DNA of 64,000 nt. Origin: an uncultured delta proteobacterium. GTDB taxonomy: Bacteria; Desulfobacterota; Binatia; Binatales; Binataceae. The first letter of the stretch is position 1; every line of letters begins with the position of its first letter. Under the pieces are notes generated by a model, which did not search any database, was not told the DNA's origin, and was given only the letters and a program-made list of their open reading frames with translations. The DNA lies in NCBI GenBank assembly GCA_963842085.1, contig CAWJET010000001.1, forward strand, positions 2,112,001-2,176,000, in the 5' to 3' direction. Positions 47,718 through 58,400 of this stretch are shown here, one piece after another. Made by a program: the position numbers and the translations under genes.

Positions 47718-47741
47718 CGCGGAATTCTCCCCGGTTTGCAA

Positions 47742-48032
47742 TCAGTTACTCGGGGTTACGCTTGTGGATTCGCTGTGATGAGAACTTGAGCTATCGACGG
47801 TGCCGCCAGCGCTCGACTCGCTCGAATCACGTGACTTGTCCACCGACGTGCTGGTGGTGGTGGTTGGAGGAGCCACCTGTACCGGCGGCGCCTGCACGAC
47901 GACTTGAGCCGGCGCGGCGGCGGGAACATAAGTGGTGGAGTCGACTTCCTTGGTGCTAGTGCCGCATCCGGCAACGCAAGCCAAGGCCGCAACACCGACA
48001 AAGCTGATAGCAAATCGCTGGATTGAATTCAT
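47742..48032 (-). CDS. Ser/Thr-rich hypothetical lipoprotein
   Basis: Lipobox VAGC, GGAG RBS. Confidence 0.75.
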   Translation of the reverse strand: MNSIQRFAISFVGVAALACVAGCGTSTKEVDSTTYVPAAAPAQVVVQAPPVQVAPPTTTTSTSVDKSRDSSESSAGGTVDSSSSHHSESTSVTPSN

Positions 48033-48114
48033 TTCTTTAGTTCTCCATTGGACTTAGGTTGTAAGTTTTGTGATTGATGCGCGATACGCCTGTTTAGGGC
48101 GTATCGCCCCGCCA

Positions 48115-49261
48115 TTATTTCTTAGCTTCGCGCACCGCGCCCTCGTGCCCACCGCTTTGGTGACCACCACCCTCGTGACTCGCACTCGCCTGTCTGTGCT
48201 GTTCAGGTTGCTGGCGAGACGAGTGCTGCTCGTGAGTCGCCTGCTGATGCTGAGCCTGCTGCGGACGCGCCTGCTGCTGATGCGTAGCCTGCTGATGGCT
48301 GGCCTGCTGCTGATGAGTCGCCTGCTGCTCGGTGCGAGTAGCCCGCTGCTCGTTCTGAGTAGCCCGCTGCTGATTGTGAGTCGCCTGCTGCTGATTGCGA
48401 GTAGCCTGCTGCTCGCGCGACGCCTGCTGCTGGCGAGTCGCTTCATTGCGCTGAGTGGTTGCCGCTCTTTCATTCACGCGCGTCTGCTGCTCGCGCGACG
48501 CCTGCTGCTGGCGGCTCGCCTCGTTGCGCTGATTGGTAGCCGCCTGCTCATTCACCCGCGTTTGCTGCTCGCGCGACGCCTGCTGCTGGCGAGTCGCCAC
48601 ATTGCGCTGCTCGCTCGCCGTCCTCTCGTTGACGGCCGCCTTCTCGTTCACCTGCTTTTGCTGGTTCGAGGCCTGTTGGCGACTCTGCGCGCTACCTTCG
48701 TTCTCGGTCCGCATCACAGCCCGGTGATCATTCGGCTCCGTGTGATTCGCCCAGTTGCTGTGCTGGCTGGTCCAGTTGGGATGGTTCGCGGAAACCCAGC
48801 TCGCGTTCTGGTTGTACCACCACTGACCATTGCCAGTTGTGCTGCGCATCGTAGGCGCCGTCCGTGTCGCGCCATGCCGGATACCATGAAATCCAGTTCG
48901 GATGATTGGCGTAGAAGAAATCCGGATCGTTCTGATGCCACCAGTACGCATCTTGCCAAGTGCCATCGCTCTCGTAGTCGCCATCCTGGATGAGCCACAG
49001 GGCGTCCATGAAGCGCCATTCCGGATGATGGGCGTAGAACCACATGATGTCGTGCTGATGCCACCATCGCGCGCCTCGCCAGGTGTGAGTATTGTCATAC
49101 GCGCCCCATCCGGCTTCGCCGGGGCCGCCGTAGTAGCCGGGGCCGTTGTAGCCGGGGCCGGGACCGTATTGCGCGAATGACGGCGCTGCCATTCCGAACG
49201 CCAGGATCGCGCCGGACAAAGCAATCGTCTTTCCGAGATTTTTGATCAATTTCGTTCGCAT
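48115..49261 (-). CDS. Secreted Trp-repeat/Gln-tail protein, frameshift ~48829
   Basis: N-half in ORF 48728-49261, C-half in ORF 48115-49224; ccat|tgcc here vs ccatAAtgcc in the paralog near 21195 shows a 2-nt deletion. Confidence 0.8.
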
Positions 49262-49295
49262 AAGCGGTAATGCCGTGAGACTGGGCGTCTCGTGC

Positions 49296-49421
49296 GGACC
49301 TCCTCAAGCCTTGGCAATATCGATTTGACGATGGTCTAGCGAGACGTGGTCAAAGGCGAGCGGAAAGACCACTATCGGGCTGGATCAGAGCCGGACTCGA
49401 ATCCTATATCGATTCCGACTA
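49296..49421 (-). ncRNA. Conserved structured 5' leader, copy 1
   Basis: High identity to 52241-52367; two hairpins; preceded by TAGAAT -10. Confidence 0.55.
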
Positions 49422-49614
49422 CTTAATTCTATAATAGTAGTTCCGAATTAGTAACCGCAGAAACACTAATGATGTGCTCAAAAGAACGAAATACATACTC
49501 ACTTTCTGACTCTATCGGTTCTAAGCGAAATCCAAGTGGCTACTCCTGATCGATTCTACCTGCTCGAGAAGTTGCCAACGGTGTTTCCTGAATCGGCCTG
49601 GAACTCCGGGCAAG

Positions 49615-51489
49615 TTATGATTTCCGGGTTTCCGCGTTTTGGATGAGACCGCTCTGACCAGCGGTTGCCGTCCTGGTGTCGACCAATGGACGGTTGCTGC
49701 TGATTCCTGATGATCGCGAAACCGAGCGTCTAAGAGCGTATAGACGTATGGCGTGACGTACTTCGCCTCTGCTGCCGCATACTTGCGATGCACCGGCATC
49801 GAGGAGTTCTGAGCGCTGCGACAATGCGGATGCTCCGCCAGCGATGATGGTTAAGTGCGGTGACGCCGCCATCAGCGCGCGCACCAGCTCGACTGCTGCG
49901 GGCATGCACTCCGCTGTGGTGCACGAGAGAAAGACCATGTCGGGTGCGTATTGGGTTACAAAGGCACAAATCTCTGCCGGCGATTTATTTATGCCAAGAA
50001 AATTAGCGGCGCTCCCGGTCCGCCTGAGAAGTTCGAGCAGCATGAGAAGCCCGAGAGTGTGAACTTCGCCGGGCGGCACTATGCCCAGGAAGCGAAGCCG
50101 GCCTCTCAATCTGGGTTTGTCGAATCGGTCTCCGAGTTCCTTCACCAGCGCGACCGTCGTTTCGAAAACAAGGCGCTGATTCTCTTCGCTGATATGACTT
50201 TCAGACCGCTCTTCCCCGGCCAGAACGACGGCGGGGACGAGGACGTCGTCGAAGGTCGGCTCGAGACCATTTTTGTCGCAATACCCGACGGCGATCTTAC
50301 GCGCGCTCGACTGATCCAGCTCGAGCAGGCTGCGATAGTAGTCGTGATAATCTTCACGGGCGCTGTCGTCGCCGAACAGCACGGCGAAGAAACCAAGTGC
50401 GGGAATATAGTCACCCGCGACCTTAAGGCACGCGGTCAAGGAGGTGGCGAGCAAGAGTCCCGGAAGTCCCCACAGCCACCCCCAGAACATCGCGGAGAAC
50501 AACAGGCCAAGCGGCGACAGACCAATTCCGCGACCGATTAAAAAAGGCTCGATCAGGTAGCCCACGATTTGATCGAGAATGACGAACGAGGCAAAGACTT
50601 CGACTGATTCACTCCATCCGGGAGAGACCGCAAAGGCTACAAACATCGGCAGTAGAGCGGCAACCGGAACGCCGACGTACGGAACGAAACGAAACAGCGC
50701 TGCCAAAGAACCCCACAGAATTGGGTTCGGCAACCCGATCATCCACATAGTCAATCCTATCGCAACTCCGTATCCAAGATTAGTCAGAGCGAATAGCAAC
50801 AGGTAATGACCAACTGCTTCACCCGCTGCCCCAATCGCCTCGGCCGAAAGCGTAATTCGCCCCCGTGCCGCAAGCCGCACCAGCCGATCACGCAAATCGG
50901 TTCGGCCATAAAGTAGAAAGAACATCAGCACCATGACCAGCAGCGCTTCGAGCAGGCCTGACAAGATTGGGACAACCGGCTTCTCGGCCTGTTCCAGGTA
51001 CGACGGCTCGGCCGGCGTCTGAACGACACTGGTGGCTTTTGAGACCTTTGGTCGCGGCGTCAGGTCGCTGATCTGCTGCTCGACGTCCTTGATTCCATAC
51101 TGTACCCGCAGCATCCACTCGGGCGTGCTACCTTCCAACGCGCTCAACTTAGTAGCGATGTTGTTGGTGTAATCGGTAACCTGAACGGCGACAGAGGTAA
51201 GCTCGACCGTTACGAAATAGCCAATACCGATAACAATTGCGATTGCCGTTACCACAACCAGCGCAGCGCTGACAAAGGTTCCAACCAAACGATCCAGCCG
51301 GCTCGCAATCGGACTGAAAATGACGGCCAGCAACGCAGCCATCGTCAACGGCATCAAGATGCTTTTCGCGAAATACAGAACCACGGTCGCAAGGACTACC
51401 GCGACAACCGGTCCCGCAGAACTCCCGCCGTCCGGGTGTTCATCATGCTCGTGCTCGAGAATGAGCGGACTCGTCGAGGATTCTTCCAC
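49615..51489 (-). CDS. AI-2E (PerM) family transporter fused to a cobalamin-binding-like domain
   Basis: RFVPYVG, IEPFLIGRGIGLSP, WGWLWGLPGLLLA; C-terminal GEVHTLG...FLSCT...IIAGG. Confidence 0.85.
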   Translation of the reverse strand: MEESSTSPLILEHEHDEHPDGGSSAGPVVAVVLATVVLYFAKSILMPLTMAALLAVIFSPIASRLDRLVGTFVSAALVVVTAIAIVIGIGYFVTVELTSVAVQVTDYTNNIATKLSALEGSTPEWMLRVQYGIKDVEQQISDLTPRPKVSKATSVVQTPAEPSYLEQAEKPVVPILSGLLEALLVMVLMFFLLYGRTDLRDRLVRLAARGRITLSAEAIGAAGEAVGHYLLLFALTNLGYGVAIGLTMWMIGLPNPILWGSLAALFRFVPYVGVPVAALLPMFVAFAVSPGWSESVEVFASFVILDQIVGYLIEPFLIGRGIGLSPLGLLFSAMFWGWLWGLPGLLLATSLTACLKVAGDYIPALGFFAVLFGDDSAREDYHDYYRSLLELDQSSARKIAVGYCDKNGLEPTFDDVLVPAVVLAGEERSESHISEENQRLVFETTVALVKELGDRFDKPRLRGRLRFLGIVPPGEVHTLGLLMLLELLRRTGSAANFLGINKSPAEICAFVTQYAPDMVFLSCTTAECMPAAVELVRALMAASPHLTIIAGGASALSQRSELLDAGASQVCGSRGEVRHAIRLYALRRSVSRSSGISSNRPLVDTRTATAGQSGLIQNAETRKS

Positions 51490-51555
51490 AATTGTCCTCC
51501 GGTCAGTAATCAGCCCAGCCAGAGTCCACAGATGAAGCCGACAAATTGAGCCGGC

Positions 51556-51780
51556 CTACCCTTTCTGATACAGGCCGCCTGCCACTAGAACCATCCCGAC
51601 GATTAGTGCCGCCCCACTGAGAATGGGCGGTATTGCGTGTGAGATTGGCTCGTTCGCTTGAATTTTGAGATCGCCAAGCGTGACAACGTTCTTCGTCTGA
51701 TTCGTGGTGAACACCGGCGACGCAATCGCAGGGAGGCCAAGCAACGCGAGAATTGCGCCGATCATTACTATGGGTTTCAT
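51556..51780 (-). CDS. Small two-TM membrane protein (DUF3185-like)
   Basis: Paralog of 15552-15776 (FTTNxTKNVVTLGDLKxQA). Confidence 0.8.
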   Translation of the reverse strand: MKPIVMIGAILALLGLPAIASPVFTTNQTKNVVTLGDLKIQANEPISHAIPPILSGAALIVGMVLVAGGLYQKG

Positions 51781-51847
51781 TTTCTCTCCGACTCGAACTT
51801 CGTCAACGTAATGATCAGCTATTGGCTCGCGGTGAATTCGCGCTTAT

Positions 51848-52237
51848 TCATCCGGCTGCCTTGGTTGCTAGTGCGAGACGGCCCCAAACTGTCCTTCCTG
51901 AGTCTGCCAGCATTTTTCCGGCAGCATCCACAACCAACGCGGCCAACGCGAAAACAAACAAAGACAGTATAACCGCCAATCGCACTTCGCTCCAGGCCAC
52001 AGTCACGGCGAGACTTCCGATCTGTCCCGATTGCAAGTGCCGCCCCGTTTGCGAGTCCACGACAAACACGCTCACCGGATTTATCACGTGTGACAAGAAA
52101 GTGAGGTATAGCCAGTACACGTCCACGATCACAAATCCGCACAAAATGCTAAATCGCGAAAGGCCCTTGCTTGACGTTAAATTCATACTCGACTCCAAAC
52201 GGATCAAGTCGGACAGGCTTTCAGCCGAGCTCTCCAT
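51848..52237 (-). CDS. Hypothetical membrane protein
   Basis: GAGGAGG RBS, two hydrophobic segments. Confidence 0.6.
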   Translation of the reverse strand: MESSAESLSDLIRLESSMNLTSSKGLSRFSILCGFVIVDVYWLYLTFLSHVINPVSVFVVDSQTGRHLQSGQIGSLAVTVAWSEVRLAVILSLFVFALAALVVDAAGKMLADSGRTVWGRLALATKAAG

Positions 52238-52240
52238 AAA

Positions 52241-52367
52241 GGACCTCCTCGAGCCTTGATTCTTTAATCATTTACGATGGTCTAGCGGAACGTGGTCGAA
52301 GGCGAGCGAAAGGCCACTGTCGGGCTGGATCAGAGTCGGAACTCGAATCCTATACCGATTCCGACTA
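52241..52367 (-). ncRNA. Conserved structured 5' leader, copy 2
   Basis: Matches 49296-49421; spans the predicted TSS to the RBS. Confidence 0.55.
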
Positions 52368-52371
52368 GTTG

Positions 52372-52400
52372 ATAGTACACTTAGTTATTTGGAGTGTCAC
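52372..52400 (-). promoter_or_regulatory. sigma70-like promoter
   Basis: GTGACA-17 bp-TACTAT on the minus strand immediately before the leader. Confidence 0.6.
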
Positions 52401-52497
52401 AATGAATAATTTATATAGTATAACTTCGGTGCCCGTGAGAACAAAACAACTGAATATACTCGGGTACTCATTTTACTATCTTCGACGATTCATCAAA

Positions 52498-55400
52498 TCA
52501 GCCAAGTATAATTCGCACTCGATGGGTGGCGCTGTCATCGGCGAGGGCGATTTGCGCCGGGCGTACTACCAGCGCCTTGCCGTCGAGCTCCATGCTGGTC
52601 ACTCCGCGGCTGACGCCGCGCGGGTTTTCGACCGCGATTTCGTAACGCGTTGCGCCGTATCGATAGACAATCTCGAAGCCCGGCCACTTTGTCGGGATGC
52701 ACGGATCGATCACCAGCGTTTTACCGCGAAGCCGAAAGCCCAATATCCACTCGAGGCCCGCGCGATACATCCATCCCGCGGAGCCGGTGTACCAGGTCCA
52801 TCCGCCGCGCCCGACGTGCGGCGGCATCGAGTACACGTCGGCGCACGCCACGTACGGCTCGACTTTGTAGCGATGGATCCCGGCGCGCGTGTTCGCGTGA
52901 TTGATCGGATTCAGTAGTGAGAACAGTTCGCCCGCCTTGTCACCGTCACCGAGCATCGAAAACGCGATCACCGACCATAGCGCGCCGTGCGTGTATTGGC
53001 CGCCGTTCTCCCTGATGCCGGGCGGATAGCCCTTGATGTAGCCGGGATCGAGCGGGGTGTGATCGAACGGCGGCGTGAACAGCAGCACCAGGCCGTCTTC
53101 GCGTTTGACCAGGTATTCGTCAACGGCCGCCATCGCGGTCTTAGCGTGGAGCGGACTCGCGGCGCCGGAGATTACACTCCACGACTGCGCGATCGAATCG
53201 ATGCGGCATTCGATGTTGCCAGCCGAGCCGAGCGGCGTGCCGTCATCGAAGTACCCGCGCCGATACCAGTTGCCGTCCCATCCTTCGCGCTCGAGCGATC
53301 CCGCGAGTGCCGTTGCGTGACTCCTCCAGGTCGCAGCGCACGCATCCTCGCGCCGGACATCCGCCAACGGTGCGAATGCCTGGAGCGTCGTGTAGAGGAA
53401 CCATCCGAGCCAGATGCTCTCGCCCTTGCCTGCCTCGCCGACGCGGTTCATGCCGTCGTTCCAATCGCCCGACCCGAACAGCGGAATTCCGTGGACGCCG
53501 ACCGCGAGGCTTTGGTCGAGTCCAAGAGCGCAATGCTCGAAGATTGTCCGGCACTGATCGGAGACCGTCGGCTGAAAAAACGATTCAACCTCGCCGGGAG
53601 GCAGCTCCGGACCGTCAAGGAAAGGGACAGTTTCCTCGAGGATACCGAGGTCGCCTGTCACCTCTATGTAGTGAGCGACCGCGTACGCGAGCCAGACGCG
53701 ATCGTCCGCGATACGGGTGCGAACGCCCTGTCCCGCGGGCGGAAGCCACCAATGCTGCACGTCGCCGGCAACGAACTGGCGCGAGGCCGCCCGAATCAGT
53801 TGTTCCCGCGTGAGCGCCGGCTGTGCCACCGTCAGCGCCATCACGTCCTGGAGCTGATCGCGAAAGCCGTACGCGCCTCCCGCCTGGTAGAAGGCGGACC
53901 GGGCCCAGAGGCGGCACGCCACAGTCTGATAGAGCAGCCATCGGTTGAGCATAATGTCCATCGAACGGTCCGGAGTCTTGACCTGAACGGCGCCAAGCAA
54001 GTCGTCCCAGTAGCGCGTGACTGCTGCCAAAGCCGAGTCGTGATCGGCGTCGCGATATTTTCTGATTGTGGCAATCGCTTCCGCCCTGCTCGCCGCCTCG
54101 CCGAGAAAGAAGGCGACCTCGGTCATGGCGTTAGGCCTGAGCGTTAGCCTGGTTTGCAGCGCGGCGCACGGATCGAGCGCGGCTCCCGCCTTGGCGGACA
54201 GCGGCTTTCCGTTCGCGAGCGCAGCGGGGTTGTCAAGCGTTCCGTTGCGGCCGAGAAATCCGGTTCTGTCCGCGGTCCACGAGCTTTGCTGGCCGCTCAA
54301 ATCCGCGAATGCGATCCGGTTTCCGTAGTCGATGCTGAAGGAGTTGCGCACGAGTACCGCGTGAGTTTCGGGCTCGATCTCGGAGACGATGTACGGGGCG
54401 GAGGCGCCGCGCGAAGTGCCGAGCACCCATTCCACGTAAGCAGTCACCGACAAACGCCGCGCGCGCGGTGAGAGATTTCGAATCATCAACCGCGAAATCT
54501 TGACTGAGCCGTCCAGCGGCACGTACTGCGTCAGCTCGAGTGAAATTCCGTGCGAGGTGTGCTCGAAGACGCTGTAGCCGTGGCCGTGTCGAACGACGTA
54601 TGGCGCCACATCTTCGCGTATCGGCAGCGCGGTCGGTCCCCACAGCTCACCGGTATCCAGGTCGTGAACGTAGAGCACCTCGCCGGGACGGTCGCTCACC
54701 GGATCGTTCGACCATTGCGTAATCTGATGCTGCTGGCTGTTGATTGCCCACGTGTAGCCGCCGCCCTCGACCGAAACCTGGAAGCCGAACGACGGATTCG
54801 CGATCACGTTGATCCACGGCGCCGGTGTCCATTGCCCCTCGCCGAGAATCGTTACGTACTCACTGCCGTCGGCGGCAAATCCTCCAAGGCCGTTGAAAAA
54901 CTCGATCTGTCGACGCGGCATCGACAACGCCGCGCGTTGTATCGCGGGTGTTCGCCGCGGCGGCGGGCCTGCAGCCGGCTCGAACACCTCCAGCCGTTTG
55001 ACCTGCTCGGACAAGGTCCCGCGCCGGCTCAGCAACACCGCTCGCGCCACGGTCTGCAGAACACTTCGCAGCTCGGCCGACACCAGGTCGGCGCGCAGCA
55101 CGAACACATTTCCGCATGCGCCTTGCCCGTCGGGCGCTCGCGCCGGGGTGGTCCGAACAAGGGCCTCGAGCGCGATTTGCAGGTCCTGATCGTATGACGG
55201 GGGCCGCTCGTTCAGGATCACCAAATCGACGCACAGCCGCTTCATCCGCCAATATTCATGGGCCCGCACCAGCTCGCGCACGATCTCCATATCGGAGGTC
55301 TCGTCGATCCGAACCAGCACGATAGGCAGGTCGCCGGAAATCCCGGCGGGCCACAGCTTCGACTGTCCGCCCTCGCCGCGCCGCAACAGGTCGGACGAAG

Positions 55401-58400
55401 GCCGCAACGTCGGGTCCGAGTAGAGCACGCGATTGGCGATGCGCTGGAAAAGATGCGCTTCCTCGGCGTCAACGCGCAGGTGATGGAGCTGCACCTGCGC
55501 CTGCGTCCACGCCAGCGTCACGGCGCGTTCGAAAGCGTTGGAGTCGTGATGCTTGTCGACCAGGTCGAGTGCTTCGGTCCGCGACGGCGCGACGATAGTC
55601 CAGAACGCGACGCGCGCGGTTGCTCCCGCCGCAATGCGCAGCCGGCGGCGGACGCTGAAGATCGGATCGAGAACGGCGCCAACAGTATCCGACAGCGGCC
55701 GCCCGTCGATAACCGAAACGGCGTCGCGGAGCTCGCGCCCGCGCCCGAGAAATCGCGCGCGGTCGGTCTCGAACTGTATCTCGCCGACAGACTCGCCCTC
55801 GGCCACCGCCAGGTGCGCCGCCCACACCGGCACCTCGGTAGGCGAGCGGAGCCGCCGCGTCGCCAGTAGCGCTCCAACCTCGGCGTCAAATTCCGTCTGC
55901 ACGAACATCTTGGAGAAGGCCGGATGCGCAGTATCCGACGCTGTGGACGCCAGCACGATCTCGGCGTACGAGGTCACCTCGACCTCGCGCACGCGGCTGC
56001 CGAGATTCGAAATGGAGACGCGCCGCACTTCGGCGTCGTCCTCGGGTGATACCGCGACTTCGAGCGTAGTCGTCACAGTGCCGTCGCGCCGCACGATTTC
56101 CGCGCGGTCCTCGGAGAACTCGACTTCGTAGCTGTCCGCCTCGACGCCGGCCGGCTGAAACCCCGCCGACCAGACCTTGCCGCTCTGCACATCGCGGACG
56201 AAGATGTACGTCCCCCACGAATCGCAGGTGACATCCTCGCGCCATCGCGTGACCGCCAGGTCGCGCCAGCGGCTGAAGCCCGAGCCGGCCGCCGTGATCA
56301 TCACGGTGTACTTGCCGTTAGATAGAAGATGCGTGCGCGGGATCAGATCGTGCGGCGAATGGAACCGGCGAACTGTCGGCGGAGCGCTTTCGCGAACATT
56401 GGCTTCCGCCTTGACCTCCTCGGCCCGCGGGCGCGCCACCGCTACATCGCGCGGTGTCCGCTCCTGGAGCAGCAGCTCGGTCGCCTGGATGATGGGCTCG
56501 GCGTGAAACCGCGCGCGCATCGCGCCGTCGTTCAGCGCGTCGGCAATCGCAACCAGCGTCATGCCTTGGTGATGCGCCATGTACGCACGCACCACAGCGA
56601 CGTTCTCGCCTTCGGGCACCCGCGACGGCGTATAGTCCAACGCTTCATACCAGCCGAAGTGGCCGAGGCCGCCTGCGGCGAACAGCCGCGAGAAGTTTTG
56701 CGCCGCGGCCTCCGGATTGACCATCGCCGCCAGCGCCGTCGCATAGGGTGCGATCACCGCGTTCTCGCTCAGCCCGCGCTTCAGTCCGAGTCCGGGCACG
56801 CCGAAGTTCGAGTACTGATAAGTGAGCTCGAGATCGCGCGCGTTGTAGGCAGATTCCGAAATTCCCCATGGCACGCCAAGCTCGGCGCCGTACTTCATCT
56901 GGCGGCGCACCACCAGCCTATTCGTCTGATCGAGCAGGCTGCCGACCGGCGCGCGCATCACCAGCGACGGCATCAGGTACTCGAACATCGAGCCCGACCA
57001 CGAAATCAGCGCCGAGCCTCGATCGACCGGCGTCATCCCGCGTCCCAACCGAAACCAGTGCCGCGACGGCACCTCCCCCTTAGCAATCGCGACGAAGCTC
57101 GCCAGCCGCGCCTCCGACGCAAGTAAGTCGTAGCAGTTGGAGTCCAGACTGCCGTCCGTGACGCGGTAGCCAATTGAAAGGAGTTGGCGCGCGGGATCGA
57201 GCAGGAAGTCGAACTTCATCGCGTCAAGCATCCTGCTCGCGACCGCCGCGAGTTCCGTCAGCCGCCGCTCGAGTGCTTTGGCCGCGTCGCTCGCACGCGC
57301 GCAGGCAGCTTGATTGAGCGTCGAGTCCCGGCTCGCCGCATCATTATATAGGTCCGGCAAGTCGCCCAGCTTAGGTATCGATTCGAGCTGCGTCGAGCTG
57401 ACATCGAGCGCGCCCGTCTTGACCCGAGCGCGCAACGCCCACGGCTTGAGCAACTCGACGTCGCGTTGATGACTGCGGATGCACGATCGCAGCGCCTCCG
57501 CCCATGCGAGCACGTCGCTGGCCGCGGAGTCCGCGCGCTCCAGCGTCAAGGCGCGCGCGATATCGGTGGCCGAATCGCTGTGAGCCGCGAGCTCCGTCAG
57601 CCACGCCGTCATTTCCACCACGGTCCGCGGCTCCGACTGCGTCAACGGCGCCATGGTGTCGAGCACTTCCTCGAGCTGCTTGGGCGTGACGGTGTAGCTG
57701 CGCCGGTCGGTGCCCAGCGCCGCCAGCGACTCGCGCACCAGCGCCATCGAGTCTTCGATTCCCTTTAGCCAATTCGGGTCCACCGCCGGCCGCGCGATCA
57801 TTTCGCGGCACGCGTTGCCCAGCGCGATCAGATGCCCCGCCAGGTTGCCGCTGTCCACCGACGACACGTACTTCGGATCCAGCGGCCGCAGGTCGCGCGT
57901 GCCGTACCAGTTGTAGAAATGCCCGCGGAACCGCTCCATCCGCTTCATCGTGTCGAAGGTCGCGCCCAGCCGCTCGACCGTCTCATGCGTTCCGAGCCAG
58001 CCGAAGTCGTGCGCCGCGATAATCGACAGCAGGTACAGCCCAAGGTTGGTGGGCGACGTCCGATGGGCCAGCGCGGGCTTGGGGTCTTCCTGAAAATTGT
58101 CGGGCGGCACCGCGTTGTCTTCCGCCGTCACGAACGTCTCGAAAAATCGCCAGGTGCGTCGCGCGGTCAGGCGCAGCGCCCTGATGTCGGCAAGGGAAAG
58201 CACCTTGGCGCCCTCGAGCGGCGGCGGCAGACTCGCCCATCGCGCGACGTCCGGCGACACCATCCACAAAATCATGAACGGAACTGCGATTGCGGTGCCA
58301 CCGCGGCTTGCCGACGCGACGACGATTGCGGCCGCGACCGCCAGTGCCCAGGCTCCCGCCATCATGCCGTAAAACCCGCGCACGTCGGGACGAGTCGCGC

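Noticed and set aside
48400-48640. 78-bp periodic repeat as a CRISPR array
   Set aside because: Intervening sequences resemble each other, the period is a multiple of 3, it lies in a coding Gln-rich tail, and there are no cas genes
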